A DNA stretch of 63,999 nt, the filler included, from Octopus bimaculoides (lineage: Eukaryota): the NCBI RefSeq assembly GCF_001194135.2. It is 6 parts of 5 records of this genome, joined end to end, with 100 filler letters (N's around TTAATTAATTAA, not from the genome) between each part and the next. Parts side by side here need not be neighbours in the genome. Positions count along the whole stretch, not along the records: positions 1 to 10,341 come from NC_068981.1; positions 10,442 to 38,278 come from NC_068985.1; 4 more parts are not named here. One strand, 5' to 3'. This document shows, piece after piece, positions 1-13,234 of the stretch (position 1 is its first letter; each line of letters starts with the position of its first letter). The notes below the pieces were generated by a model. It was not told the origin of the DNA and did no database searches. It was given only the letters and a program-made list of their open reading frames with translations. The translations under genes and the position numbers were made by a program.

Positions 1-56
1 AAATACCTGAAAAAATCATACATGATGTACAAAAAACAACCATCATATACAAAATT

Positions 57-687
57 TTGAACACAGAAACACGAAAACCAGAACAACCAGCAACAGAAGT
101 TATTGAACAATGTTTGTATCCCATATTGGCCCACAAGAACTACATAAACTGGGGAAGCAGTTTCGCCACCGTCCAGGTTCGTTTTAACAGCGAAGAGAAA
201 GCGAAAGAGTTGTCCACGCTGACTCTTCGTTCCGAAAATATAATATTGGTCCCCATGTACCTTGGGCAAAGGGTAACCAGAGTATCGATAAAAAATGTCC
301 CTCCAGAAGTAGAATCACAATGGCTGTTATCAGCTATTTGTTATCACATGGAAGGAAATATAAACATTCTGGAGACTACTGCATTAAAGCAGGAAAACTG
401 GAATGGAAAAAAATTCGATGCCCTGTTACAAATNNNNNNNNNNCATTCTGGAGACTACTGCATTAAAGCAGGAAAACTGGAATGGAAAAAAATTCGATGC
501 CCTGTTACAAATTACACATGAAGAATTGCAAGAAATTCCAACTCAAATTGAGCTGCCAGACGGCCATACCCTCTACGTTGCGATAGAAGGTAGAAGGCCT
601 CGATGCTACCTGTGTGGCATCGAAGGGCACCTCAAAAAAGATTGCCCAACAGCAACAGATAACAAAAAACAAGAAGGAAAGGGTTAG
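57..687 (+). mobile_element. Non-LTR retrotransposon ORF1 (L1/Tx1-type gag-like protein) with CCHC zinc knuckle
   Basis: Joining ORFs 57..521 and 403..687 across the 10-N duplication gives ...RVTRVSIKNVPPEV...TLYVAIEGRRPRCYLCGIEGHLKKDCP, i.e. CX2CX4HX4C preceded by the (I/V)EGRxP motif typical of Tx1/L1 ORF1. An A/C-rich low-complexity tail follows to about 1340, then a gap. Confidence 0.7.
365..512. other. Assembly overlap artefact: 69-bp exact duplication either side of a 10-N gap
   Basis: cattctggagactact...ccctgttacaaat occurs at 365-433 and again from 444. Confidence 0.85.
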
Positions 688-2254
688 GGTTAGCCAAAAA
701 AAGGACCCCTACTAGCCACACCAACACAAAGAACGAGCAAAAGGAGCAAGACAGAAAAATCCCACAAACCAAACCCGCCTACACCAACAAATGTACCCGA
801 AAAAAACACAAACAACAACTACAAGAACTAAGGAAACAGTAAAAGCAAAAGAGAATACAAAAACTAATTCCCCTTCTCCCACGTCACATACACCACAAGC
901 AGATAATCAACAACCATCAACAACCATCAACAACACACCCACTTCAAAAAACAAACATACAAGCACACGACATGCCCTTACTCCCTTCCGATTCCTCAGA
1001 AGACTCGTCCGAGGACGAATGTTGTGAGTGGAAAATAGCCAGAAAAGGACGGAGGAAAAGGAGTAAAGAAAGAACCAAACCAAATGCAAACACCAACAAA
1101 GCAAGGAGATATACATCTCCCGAAACCATCGTCTCCAAACATACCACAAACAACATCAACACTACAAGAACACATACAGAAAACATGCTCACAGCAATAG
1201 ACACTACAAACACAGAATTAATGAACTACATAAATACAAAAACAAACATAACAAAAAAACAACATCAAAACAAACAACCACCCATACACGACGCCACCTA
1301 ATCACATAAAAATATATCACATCACGCCAACATTACACCACNNNNNNNNNNNNNNNNNNNNNNNNNNNNNNNNNNNNNNNNNNNNNNNNNNNNNNNNNNN
1401 NNNNNNNNNNNNNNNNNNNNNNNNNNNNNNNNNNNNNNNNNNNNNNNNNNNNNNNNNNNNNNNNNNNNNNNNNNNNNNNNNNNNNNNNNNNNNNNNNNNN
1501 NNNNNNNNNNNNNNNNNNNNNNNNNNNNNNNNNNNNNNNNNNNNNNNNNNNNNNNNNNNNNNNNNNNNNNNNNNNNNNNNNNNNNNNNNNNNNNNNNNNN
1601 NNNNNNNNNNNNNNNNNNNNNNNNNNNNNNNNNNNNNNNNNNNNNNNNNNNNNNNNNNNNNNNNNNNNNNNNNNNNNNNNNNNNNNNNNNNNNNNNNNNN
1701 NNNNNNNNNNNNNNNNNNNNNNNNNNNNNNNNNNNNNNNNNNNNNNNNNNNNNNNNNNNNNNNNNNNNNNNNNNNNNNNNNNNNNNNNNNNNNNNNNNNN
1801 NNNNNNNNNNNNNNNNNNNNNNNNNNNNNNNNNNNNNNNNNNNNNNNNNNNNNNNNNNNNNNNNNNNNNNNNNNNNNNNNNNNNNNNNNNNNNNNNNNNN
1901 NNNNNNNNNNNNNNNNNNNNNNNNNNNNNNNNNNNNNNNNNNNNNNNNNNNNNNNNNNNNNNNNNNNNNNNNNNNNNNNNNNNNNNNNNNNNNNNNNNNN
2001 NNNNNNNNNNNNNNNNNNNNNNNNNNNNNNNNNNNNNNNNNNNNNNNNNNNNNNNNNNNNNNNNNNNNNNNNNNNNNNNNNNNNNNNNNNNNNNNNNNNN
2101 NNNNNNNNNNNNNNNNNNNNNNNNNNNNNNNNNNNNNNNNNNNNNNNNNNNNNNNNNNNNNNNNNNNNNNNNNNNNNNNNNNNNNNNNNNNNNNNNNNNN
2201 NNNNNNNNNNNNNNNNNNNNNNNNNNNNNNNNNNNNNNNNNNNNNNNNNNNNNN

Positions 2255-2310
2255 GTTGTTATTACTACCACCACCACCACCACCACCACCACCACCACCA
2301 CCACCACTAT

Positions 2311-2372
<62 letters not shown>

Positions 2373-2380
2373 TCATCATT
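2255..2380. repeat. Compound trinucleotide microsatellite (CAC)n(TAC)n
   Basis: Direct reading; adjacent to an N gap. Confidence 0.95.
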
Positions 2381-3164
2381 ATATCCGTCAGTAAAAATGG
2401 CAACATCAAGATGAAGATAAATAAATTTAAAAGAACACAACACAACTACACGGATATTTGAGTTGACACATTTTGACCTCTGATACTTCTTCAGCTTTCC
2501 TATTAATGATATACTTTACAATACCAGTAGCGTGACTGGACATCATTATTTCATTACGGCCTCTTCTCCACACACGTCGTCACACAAAACCAACGTCACC
2601 TATCTTATACACCCGCCCTATCTATTTAATCATAGCTCCCTCTCCTTCTCCTCCTCCTTTGTCTGTCTCTCAATTTCTCTCTTTATCTCTCTCTCTCTCT
2701 CTCTCTCTCTCTTTATATATATATACATAATTGGGTATTTGATTGCAGTATTCAAGGTTGTTATCAGCTTGTTCGTCGATCACAATCATAGGAGCTTATA
2801 TTTATAAAGATACTTATAGTGGTTTCTCATTTACATTCTCACTATATTTCTCTCTCTCACCCTTTCTCACTCTCATGTACTCTCTCTCTCTCTCCTCTGT
2901 CCCTTATTTTCTTAGGAAAAAAAATACAATTTTTATAGTTTTATTTTCCATTTTTTTTTATCATGTATTTGTCTTATCTTTGACCATAATTTCTGTCATA
3001 TTTCTTACGAGTTTCGGTTTTTATCTTTATTTTTTCCGATTTTTTTACGTTTTTGATTGTACGCGCGCAGGCTTCTAGAAGGCAAACAAAGTGGAATGTA
3101 TATACATAGTAAAATGCACACACACAAACACTACGTATAGACATACGTCGACATGTAAACACAC

Positions 3165-3170
3165 ACAAAG

Positions 3171-3248
<78 letters not shown>

Positions 3249-3578
3249 ACACACACACACAGACACACACACACAAACACACACAAACACACACACACAC
3301 TTTCTTAAATTTTCCGTTGACTCTCATGTTACGAATATATGTGCACACACACGCACATACACGCAAACACATACACATACATGCAGATACACACACACAC
3401 ACGAACACATACACACATACAAAGACACACACACGCACATACACACACACGCACATACACACACACACATATATGTATGTCAATACATTCAAATATACAT
3501 GTATGTATATAAAGGTGTGCTTGTATTTGTATGTGTATGTGTGTGTATGTGTGTATGTCTATATATATATATATATAT
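3165..3578. repeat. (CA)n/(TA)n microsatellite field, representative of dozens in the window
   Basis: Direct reading. Similar CA/TA/TATG/GATA/GA tracts occur at e.g. 7425, 8865, 26350, 29970, 31790, 37685-38150, 40740, 43500, 56130, 56800, 57170. Confidence 0.95.
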
Positions 3579-4689
3579 NNNNNNNNNNNNNNNNNNNNNN
3601 NNNNNNNNNNNNNNNNNNNNNNNNNNNNNNNNNNNNNNNNNNNNNNNNNNNNNNNNNNNNNNNNNNNNNNNNNNNNNNNNNNNNNNNNNNNNNNNNNNNN
3701 NNNNNNNNNNNNNNNNNNNNNNNNNNNNNNNNNNNNNNNNNNNNNNNNNNNNNNNNNNNNNNNNNNNNNNNNNNNNNNNNNNNNNNNNNNNNNNNNNNNN
3801 NNNNNNNNNNNNNNNNNNNNNNNNNNNNNNNNNNNNNNNNNNNNNNNNNNNNNNNNNNNNNNNNNNNNNNNNNNNNNNNNNNNNNNNNNNNNNNNNNNNN
3901 NNNNNNNNNNNNNNNNNNNNNNNNNNNNNNNNNNNNNNNNNNNNNNNNNNNNNNNNNNNNNNNNNNNNNNNNNNNNNNNNNNNNNNNNNNNNNNNNNNNN
4001 NNNNNNNNNNNNNNNNNNNNNNNNNNNNNNNNNNNNNNNNNNNNNNNNNNCCCACAAGAGTTAACAAGTGAAAAAGAGACATGTAGAAACAAGAAAAATG
4101 CCGCTATTACTTGTATACTGTACAAATATGTCTTTAAAAAGACTTTTCTTTTAAATTTACCAAAATTTAATTTTTCAATAATTTTTCAAAAATCTATTAT
4201 TCATATTTACTGTTGAAAATATCTCAAGGATCGAAACCGGTTCTGTAATGTTCTTTATAAAAGTATTTTAGCATTTTCTACTTTGTTTTTTTTCCATATA
4301 TATATATATATATATATAAATGTTTGTGTGAATGCGTATAAACATATTTAGGTATATAAATGTGTATGTTATATATACATACGTATGCATCTCTGCAAAC
4401 TAAATGCATGTGTAATTATAAAAGTGTACGTGTGCTCATGTGGACACATACAGAATGATACTCTATTTCGATGCACATAAGGTTAGTTTTTCAATCTAAA
4501 TGACATTCTAAACTTGTGACATGTATATATTGTATAAACAGGCATATACCCATACATACATACATACATACATACATACATACATACACACATACACACA
4601 TATACATACTACGCACACGCACACGCATACACACACATAAACTTTGACAAAATGTGTATATACCCATCATTATCTATTAGCAAACATTG

Positions 4690-4870
4690 TAAGTACTCCG
4701 GTGCGGCATTTCGTCAGTCTTTGAGTTCAAGTTCCACCGAAATTGACTTCACCTTTCATCTTTTGGAGGTCGATAAAATAAATACCAGTGAAGGACTGAA
4801 CTCGATGTTATCGACTTACTCCCTTCTCCAATGTTTCAGGCCTTGTGCCTTCTGTAGATAGGGTTAATTA
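4690..4870 (+). mobile_element. tRNA-derived SINE, family B (label used here only)
   Basis: Matches the recurring core ...gagttcaaattccgccgaggtcgactttgcctttcatcctttcggggtcgataaa..., which contains a B-box-like GTTCAAATTCC. Confidence 0.7.
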
Positions 4871-5044
4871 TTAGCAAACTTCAAAACACCCACTCTAATA
4901 TTCTCTTATACTCGAATTGCGCATGTATACTACTTTATACTACTTAATCTTTTAATTCTTTATTAGTGCCAATCATTGGTCCGTGGCCATACTAGAGTAC
5001 CACCTGTTCATTCAATCATATTGTGTTCAATAATCTCATACACA

Positions 5045-5210
5045 AATGACAATTTCTCTCTGTCGATCTGTCTGTTACCATTCTGCTGCCTACACCAGTT
5101 AACCAATCTTGACGAAACTTTGCATGCATGTTAAACTAACATCCAGTTTAGTTATAAGCTAATTGGATTTCAATAAAAATCTATAATGGGCCCCTTAGGT
5201 GGGGGTGGGC
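5045..5210 (+). mobile_element. Possible HINE/DINE-1-like non-autonomous element fragment
   Basis: ctgtctgt microsatellite core followed by ccaatcttgacgaaactttgcatgcatg, resembling the conserved core of these elements. Confidence 0.35.
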
Positions 5211-5575
5211 TATTATTTGATAAAATGAGAAGGATGCAAGAATGTTAGTGTGAAGGAAATGTGGTGGCATAATGAGTGTGGCTGATATCAGGGAAGGGGA
5301 GAACAGCGTTGTGTTAGCGACAAATATGGAGTGGCAGTGGTATGTTAACGTTAATACAGCTGTAATTCAGGGATATACACGTGATGATGCTTACATACTT
5401 TCGTAAATACATAGATACATGCACACACTTACACACACACATACACACACTGTACACACACATGCGCATACAGATAAGTCACTTTCAAAACGCCAAGGAA
5501 ATGAAAGAAAAATGGGTGTGAGGAATACGTAGCTTTAAGGAAAGACGAAGTAGGTGGTTTTTCGCAAAGAAACAC

Positions 5576-5611
<36 letters not shown>

Positions 5612-7245
5612 ACACACATATACTACCTATGTACATACATACATCATTTTAAACTCGTGATTACCTGTGTGCGTTTGTAAATGTATGTGCTTCAGTGTGT
5701 GTGTGTGTGTGACGTCCTATAATTGTCCGTCTCTCTATTTTTGTAGGATCTTCCCTGTTGCTGTTACATATTTTGAAATTTTAAGATACATCAAAATTTT
5801 CAAACTCGGTATATTGAAATAATTTTCCACGTTAAATCCGATTTTGTTATTTATTTGTTCCAGAAAAATTGCCGAAAAATGTTACAGAGGTTTAAAGTTC
5901 AATCAGTTTTACCTAATCAGAAAACAGGATTTGGAAGCTGGCATTTTCTGCATGATAGCTATCTATTACAAAATGAAAGCAAAATCATTAGGAGGGATGA
6001 ATTTTTATTAAACAAACGACCAAAGTTGTAAGAACTTCTGAAGTTTTAATAAGTTTTAATGAATGAAGTCATGTGAAACGGTCGAACAGATATGTACATA
6101 ATTTAGAAAATTAAAAAAATCTTCAACGAAGTATTTTTGCGAAAAATTGCACAAATCTGTCCTGATCAAGAGGCGTGTCTGTCGGGAAAAGGCTGGTCTG
6201 ACATGGAATAAACAAAAATTTATATGATATTCTATTTTAAAAATTGTCCGCCAAGGACGGGCTATTCAACTAGTATTTCTATATGGTGAATATTTCAGTG
6301 TTGTCTCTTTGTCGGACAGCAAGTTTAGGGGTCGCAAAAGGGAAAGATATTTGGCAGTGTGTGTGCGCGTGTGCGCCGTTGTGCCTTTGTCTGTCTACAC
6401 CATCATTTGATAATCGGTGCTTGTGTGTTTACGTTCCTGTAACTTAGCGGTTCTGCAAAAGAGCCCGATTGAGTAAGTACCGGGTTAAAGAAAGAAAAGA
6501 AAAAATTTATAATAGAGATGTCGACTAAGTTTTCTCAAGGCGGTGCCCCAAGATGCCCGCAGTCTAATGATTAAAATAAATCAAAGACTATATATATAGA
6601 CGTCACTAAAGTGACGGAGGGTGCAAAGTAGTACTAGCATTGTTAAAAATAAGAGTCAAAACGACTCATTAGCCACAAAAGCACTATCTTAGTAAGTTGA
6701 CAAGGGAGACAAATCTTCCTACTGTCGCAGATATAGCCACAACACGTAATTTCGAATTTTGATACCGTATATATGTATATATAACTGGGAAGTTTAGTTA
6801 ATTGTTAGTGCACACACACACACGTGCGTGCGCACATATGTATAAAATTAAATACGCAACCGAAAGAGTTACTAATAGTTTCATGCTATTGTGGTACTCG
6901 AACAGGTATATTTAAATATATGCCATGTATCTTAAAGCAATCTTTCAGGCTCTGTTTATGCATTATATAATTTTTAAAAACAAGGACGCTGGTCAGTAAG
7001 GAAATAAAAAAAACGTGGAAAAAACATGAAGAAGGTTGACACGATAAATGGAACAAGAAAAAAAGAAGCGAAATCATGAATTACGACCTTCGTTCGCCCT
7101 GGTTGCAGAAAGCTCATTAAATGCAGCCGTTGTAGAACACAATAACAAAAAATATGTCTAAGTCTGCGAAACTCAATTTGGAGCGGTTGATCCCTCCAAA
7201 TGGATAAAAGAAACCTGTGCATGTGTATATACCTGCTAGGTGAGA

Positions 7246-7398
7246 TTCTTTCAGTTTCCGTCTACCAAATCCACAAGGCTCTCTGGCCCACTCGAGGCTG
7301 TAGTAGAAGACACTTCCCTAATGTGCCGCGCAGTGAGACTGAACCCGGAACCATGTGGTTGGGAAATAAGCTTCTGACCACACAGCTACTCCTGTGCC
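7246..7398 (-). mobile_element. tRNA-derived SINE, family A head
   Basis: Reverse complement of gtggctgtgtggtaagaagcttgcttcccaaccacatggttccgggttcagtc...gacggaaactgaaagaa. Further copies at about 10945-11045(-), 11872-12035(-), 26823-26882(+), 36438-36505(+), 38795-38945(+). Confidence 0.8.
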
Positions 7399-7421
7399 CA
7401 TATATATTGATATATATGTAT

Positions 7422-7474
<53 letters not shown>

Positions 7475-8656
7475 NNNNNNNNNNNNNNNNNNNNNNNNNN
7501 NNNNNNNNNNNNNNNNNNNNNNNNNNNNNNNNNNNNNNNNNNNNNNNNNNNNNNNNNNNNNNNNNNNNNNNNNNNNNNNNNNNNNNNNNNNNNNNNNNNN
7601 NNNNNNNNNNNNNNNNNNNNNNNNNNNNNNNNNNNNNNNNNNNNNNNNNNNNNNNNNNNNNNNNNNNNNNNNNNNNNNNNNNNNNNNNNNNNNNNNNNNN
7701 NNNNNNNNNNNNNNNNNNNNNNNNNNNNNNNNNNNNNNNNNNNNNNNNNNNNNNNNNNNNNNNNNNNNNNNNNNNNNNNNNNNNNNNNNNNNNNNNNNNN
7801 NNNNNNNNNNNNNNNNNNNNNNNNNNNNNNNNNNNNNNNNNNNNNNNNNNNNNNNNNNNNNNNNNNNNNNNNNNNNNNNNNNNNNNNNNNNNNNNNNNNN
7901 NNNNNNNNNNNNNNNNNNNNNNNNNNNNNNNNNNNNNNNNNNNNNNNNNNNNNNNNNNNNNNNNNNNNNNNNNNNNNNNNNNNNNNNNNNNNNNNNNNNN
8001 NNNNNNNNNNNNNNNNNNNNNNNNNNNNNNNNNNNNNNNNNNNNNNNNNNNNNNNNNNNNNNNNNNNNNNNNNNNNNNNNNNNNNNNNNNNNNNNNNNNN
8101 NNNNNNNNNNNNNNNNNNNNNNNNNNNNNNNNNNNNNNNNNNNNNNNNNNNNNNNATATATTCAAATGAACATATTTATCTTCTTCAATATATATTTCAG
8201 TATAAAGAATTCATTAAGAGACTTAATGAATCAAAATTTCTTTACACATCATTCAGGAATAAATATAACATCAGAAAAAATACACTCGGTTTAAAAACAC
8301 AAACCGTTCATGGCGAAAAAATTTCACAATTACAAAAAACGAACAAAATTTTTAAAGTTTTAGCAAAAGAACGCTATTACCTACATACAGGCATCCGCGT
8401 GTGCGCCTGTGTGCGCCCGTACACACACGCACACACGTTCATGCGCGCACACACGTGCACGCTCACATGCATATGTATGCATACAGAAACAAGCAAAGTT
8501 CACAAGTCAAACAAACCTCATCCAGCTATTCTGATTATATATATATACTGAGACAACAGCAGGAGTCTAACACCGGCCCTTTCGCAGCACTTACATAGTC
8601 TTACCTGAATTTTGGGTCTTCTGAATACCAACATCTCTCATATATATATGTGTATA

Positions 8657-8861
8657 CAGAGTGGCCCAGAACTAGGTTTACAGTTATCACGTAGGCACTT
8701 TAAAGTTCTTTTAAAACTTTTAATTACACTTAAATTTCTATCTAAATTAGCATAGAATAATGAGTTCATTTTTTTTTATATATAATTAAGATCTAAACTA
8801 CTAGTATATGGATGCAACAGAGACAGTTGAATAACTGAAAACCTACTCTTGGGCCACCCTG
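8657..8861. mobile_element. Tc1/mariner-type MITE
   Basis: TA-flanked terminal inverted repeats of about 30 bp: ta|cagagtggcccagaactaggtttacagttat ... ataactgaaaacctactcttgggccaccctg|ta. Confidence 0.75.
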
Positions 8862-8865
8862 TATG

Positions 8866-8899
<34 letters not shown>

Positions 8900-8913
8900 T
8901 GTATGTATGTATG

Positions 8914-8948
<35 letters not shown>

Positions 8949-9751
8949 ATATATATATATATNNNNNNNNNNNNNNNNNNNNNNNNNNNNNNNNNNNNNN
9001 NNNNNNNNNNNNNNNNNNNNNNNNNNNNNNNNNNNNNNNNNNNNNNNNNNNNNNNNNNNNNNNNNNNNNNNNNNNNNNNNNNNNNNNNNNNNNNNNNNNN
9101 NNNNNNNNNNNNNNNNNNNNNNNNNNNNNNNNNNNNNNNNNNNNNNNNNNNNNNNNNNNNNNNNNNNNNNNNNNNNNNNNNNNNNNNNNNNNNNNNNNNN
9201 NNNNNNNNNNNNNNNNNNNNNNNNNNNNNNNNNNNNNNNNNNNNNNNNNNNNNNNNNNNNNNNNNNNNNNNNNNNNNNNNNNNNNNNNNNNNNNNNNNNN
9301 NNNNNNNNNNNNNNNNNNNNNNNNNNNNNNNNNNNNNNNNNNNNNNNNNNNNNNNNNNNNNNNNNNNNNNNNNNNNNNNNNNNNNNNNNNNNNNNNNNNN
9401 NNNNNNNNNNNNNNNNNNNNNNNNNNNNNNNNNNNNNNNNNNNNNNNNNNNNNNNNNNNNNNNNNNNNNNNNNNNNNNNNNNNNNNNNNNNNNNNNNNNN
9501 NNNNNNNNNNNNNNNNNNNNNNNNNNNNNNNNNNNNNNNNNNNNNNNNNNNNNNNNNNNNNNNNNNNNNNNNNNNNNNNNNNNNNNNNNNNNNNNNNNNN
9601 NNNNNNNNNNNNNNNNNNNNNNNNNNNNNNNNNNNNNNNNNNNNNNNNNNNNNNNNNNNNNNNNNNNNNNNNNNNNNNNNNNNNNNNNNNNNNNNNNNNN
9701 NNNNNNNNNNNNNNNNNNNNNNNNNNNNNNNNNNNNNNNNNNNNNNNNNNN

Positions 9752-9783
<32 letters not shown>

Positions 9784-10310
9784 TCCCACACGTATACATG
9801 TGCGTGTGTGTGCGTGTGTGTATACACTACACACATACATAAATCATGCGGCACCGTAGCATTTAAAAAAAAATAAAACCAGTAACAATTAGGGGCGTGC
9901 CAAGATATTCATAAGAATAGTGGAGACGAAAAGTAGCGATCAAGTTCCAATTTTGTTCGTATACAAGACAGAATAGTTAAATAAATGCAAAAGAAATGAT
10001 AAACAACGGAGAAGTTGTGCCGAGAAAATCGACCTGTTAGAAATATTACTAAAGTGATAGACTGGTCTTGGAGAAGGGTCATAGGTTTGCTTCGTCTATT
10101 CATCATTATAATTAAGAAAGAAGAAAATGAAGTCGAAGAACTGAACAAGTGGCAAATGTTTCTCTCTGTGTCGCTGTCGGTCTCTTTGTATGTGTCTGTA
10201 TATGCCTGTGTGAGTGTATGTATGTATGTATGTATGTTTGTGCGTGCATGTGTGTGTGTGTACGTGTGTGTACATGCTCACTCGAGCAATTATATACATA
10301 TATGCATGAG

Positions 10311-10341
<31 letters not shown>

Positions 10342-10385
10342 NNNNNNNNNNNNNNNNNNNNNNNNNNNNNNNNNNNNNNNNNNNN

Positions 10386-10397
10386 TTAATTAATTAA
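10386..10397. other. Artificial scaffold-joining linker TTAATTAATTAA inside N run
   Basis: Identical 12-mer with 44 N on at least one side at 10386, 38323, 49270, 61167 and 62923. Confidence 0.9.
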
Positions 10398-10441
10398 NNN
10401 NNNNNNNNNNNNNNNNNNNNNNNNNNNNNNNNNNNNNNNNN

Positions 10442-10746
10442 GTTTATTGAGCGAAAACACCTAATGCTCCACGAGGCTCCAGCAGGGGATGGTGGCGAAC
10501 CCTGCTGTACTCTCTCACCACAACTTTCTCTCACTCTTACTTCCTGTTTCTGTTGTGCCTGTAATTCAAAGGGCCAGCCTTGTCACACTGTGTCACGCTG
10601 AATATCCCCGAGAACTACGTTAAGGTTACATGTGTCTGTGGAGTGCTCAGCCACTTGCACGTTAATTTCACGAGCAGGCTGTTCCGTTGATCGGATCAAC
10701 TGGAACCCTCGACGTCGTAAGCGACGGAGTGCCAACAACAACAACT
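10442..10746 (+). mobile_element. tRNA-derived SINE, family C (5' end lost in gap)
   Basis: Near-identical to 18622-18924 and to the reverse complement of 33785-34168; ends in gacggagtgccaacaacaacaac. Confidence 0.85.
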
Positions 10747-12049
10747 TGCTTCAGTCATTGAACTGCGGTTATGCTGGAGCACCGCCTTGAAAGTTTTAGT
10801 CGAACAAGTCAATCCAAGTATCTATTCCATCGGTATCTTTTACCGAACTGCTATGTTAGGGAGAGCGTAAAGGAACTAACAGTGGTTGTCAAGCGGTTGT
10901 AGGGACAAAAACAAAACAAATACAAATGCGCAAACATATATATATACAACGGACTTCTTTCAGTTTTCGGAGTTATAGTGAAAGATACTTGCCCAAGATA
11001 CCTCGCAGTGGAACTTTAACCTGATGCAAACTTCTTACGACTGTGTTAGCAAAGCGTGTGTGAAGAAATGTGTGGGAAAGATTTATCCACGTGCAATGTA
11101 CACTCTTATTAATTACGAGTCTTTAGAGTATGAACCGAGAGAAAAATTGTTCGAATGAATGCATACAGTTCTTGAAGACGAATGCTTGATAAGAAGCGGC
11201 TGTTGATGTTGCTATTGTTGTTGTTACTTTTGTTACTGTTGCTACTGCTGCTGCTTCTACTGTTGCTGGTATTACTTCGGTTGTGATGTTGTATAAGGAG
11301 AATTGTTAACTGAGAACGAACATTTCACATTAAAAATTATTTTCTACTTTCCTTTCTCGCTGTCCGACCGGAAAGAAGCAAAGTATTGAAACCATATTGA
11401 AAGTTCTGTTTTGGTTGAAAAAAAAATTTCTTTTAAAACTTTTCCCATGTAACAAAATGGTAGACCAGTCCCTTATGGTTCTGGTCGGCTTAACAAGTTA
11501 AAACAATGAAATTCACAAATGCAACCTTCTGCAAAGGAAAACAAGGCACAAACTTACAGAGACTTGAAAATACGTTCAGCTACGACAGTGAACAACAACA
11601 GCAAGAATCATAATTGCTTCTGCTTTGGGAGCAAGNNNNNNNNNNNNNNNNNNNNNNNNNNNNNNNNNNNNNNNNNNNNNNNNNNNNNNNNNNNNNNNNN
11701 NNNNNNNNNNNNNNNNNNNNNNNNNNNNNNNNNNNNNNNNNNNNNNNNNNNNNNNNNNNNNNNNNNNNNNNNNNNNNNNNNNNNNNNNNNNNNNNNNNNN
11801 NNNNNNNNNNNNNNNNNNNNNNNNNNNNNNNNNNNNNNNNNNNNNNNNNNNNNNNNNNNNNNNNNNNNNNNCATATATACAACGGGCTTCTTTCAGTTTC
11901 CGTCTACCAAATCCACTCAAGGCTTTGGTCGGTCCGAGGCTATAGTAGAAGACACTTGCCCAAGGTGCCACGCAGTGGGATTGAACTCGGAACCATGTGG
12001 TTCGTAAGCAAGCTACTTACCACACAGCCACTCCGACGTCTGGTGAAAC

Positions 12050-12270
12050 ACCGCTAAGCATTTTGTTCGGTATTCTACAATAAATACAAGGCCTGAAGTT
12101 TGGGGAAGGAGCAAGTCAATTACATATACCCCAGAGCTCAACTGTTACTTACGTTATCGATCCTGGAAATTATGAAAGGCAAAGTTGGCCTCGACGGAAT
12201 TTGAACTCAGAACATGAGGCCGGAAGAAATGCAGCTAAGCATGTAAACAATTCTGCTACCTCGCCGACCA
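12050..12270 (-). mobile_element. SINE family B
   Basis: aaagttggcctcgacggaatttgaactcagaac is the reverse complement of the family B core. Further copies at about 12650-12835(-), 15045-15240(-), 16995-17205(+), 17218-17390(+), 20040-20260(+), 25255-25440(-), 36510-36620(-), 39845-40050(+), 47400-47480(-), 51378-51500(+), 63265-63560(-). Confidence 0.75.
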
Positions 12271-12299
12271 GATATTTTAGTCCTGTACAAGAAAGAAAA

Positions 12300-12590
12300 A
12301 AATGTGACACGATTGACAGCAATCCACAAAAGGCAAGAGTATAAAAAGTAAAGAGGCAGAGAAAGTGACCAACTACAGCGGACTGTGAAAAGAACTGTAA
12401 AAGATTTGAAACTCAACGGGAATGTAACTCCAATTGTAACTGGCGCTTTCGGAATGGTAACTATCAAGCTCAAATACTGGTTAGATATACTACAACTCAA
12501 AAGTGAAAAGTAGCATGGAGCTATTGTTGAAAGCTACGTCGCTTCGACCAGCAAAGGTCATAAAAAGACTGTTAGAGACCGGAGGCTGGT
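12300..12590 (+). mobile_element. Degenerate 3' end of an RLE-encoding non-LTR retrotransposon
   Basis: Frameshifted translation EAEKVTNYSGL..EL..., VTPIVTGAFGMV, MELLLKATSLRPAKVIKRLL parallels KExEKxxKYxDL...PIVxGALG...QKxxLLGTAxILRK. Confidence 0.55.
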
Positions 12591-12835
12591 GGGATAAACT
12601 CAGAAATACTAATAATAATTCTGTGAAATGTTGGCACAATACTAACAGTTTTGAGGGGAAGGAGAAAGTCGACTACATCGACCACAGTAATAACTGCATT
12701 CATTGTATTGCCCCTGAATTGAGGAAAGGCAAATTCGACCTCGGCGGAATTTGTGCTCAGAGCCTGAAGAGACGGAAGAAATGGCACTCATATTTTATCT
12801 GACACATTAGCGATTCTGCCAGCTCGCGGCCTGCA

Positions 12836-13200
12836 ATGGATAATAATAATATTATCACTCCCCTACTGAGAGTGATAGAATGGATCTGCATCGAAGTAGC
12901 TATACATGAAGACCAGAATATTGTGAAGATGGAGGACGAGAAAGTTGGGAAGTACCAAGACTTAGGATTTGGAGTGAAAAGAATCGATACAGCCTCGAAA
13001 ATGAGTGTGGTTCCTATTGTGATCGGTGCATTTGGGACCATCTCAAAGAGAGCAATATTCTGGCATCAAAAGCTAGAAATACCAGGCTGCGTAGGAAGCA
13101 TTGAGTTAGCAACAATACTTAGAAGACACTCATATTTTGAGAAAAATATTGCGTTTCTTAGCTGCAGAATGGAGGTGAGACGTGACATTGATAAATCAGA
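12836..13200 (+). mobile_element. Degenerate RLE-LINE 3' end
   Basis: ORF 12836..13210 contains IEVAIHEDQNI...EDEKVGKYQDL...VVPIVIGAFGTI. Confidence 0.7.
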
Positions 13201-13234
13201 AGTTAAGTGAATAATAATAATAAAAATAATAATA

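Noticed and set aside
681-693. Telomeric GGGTTAGGGTTAG
   Set aside because: Only two units; expected by chance or local slippage.
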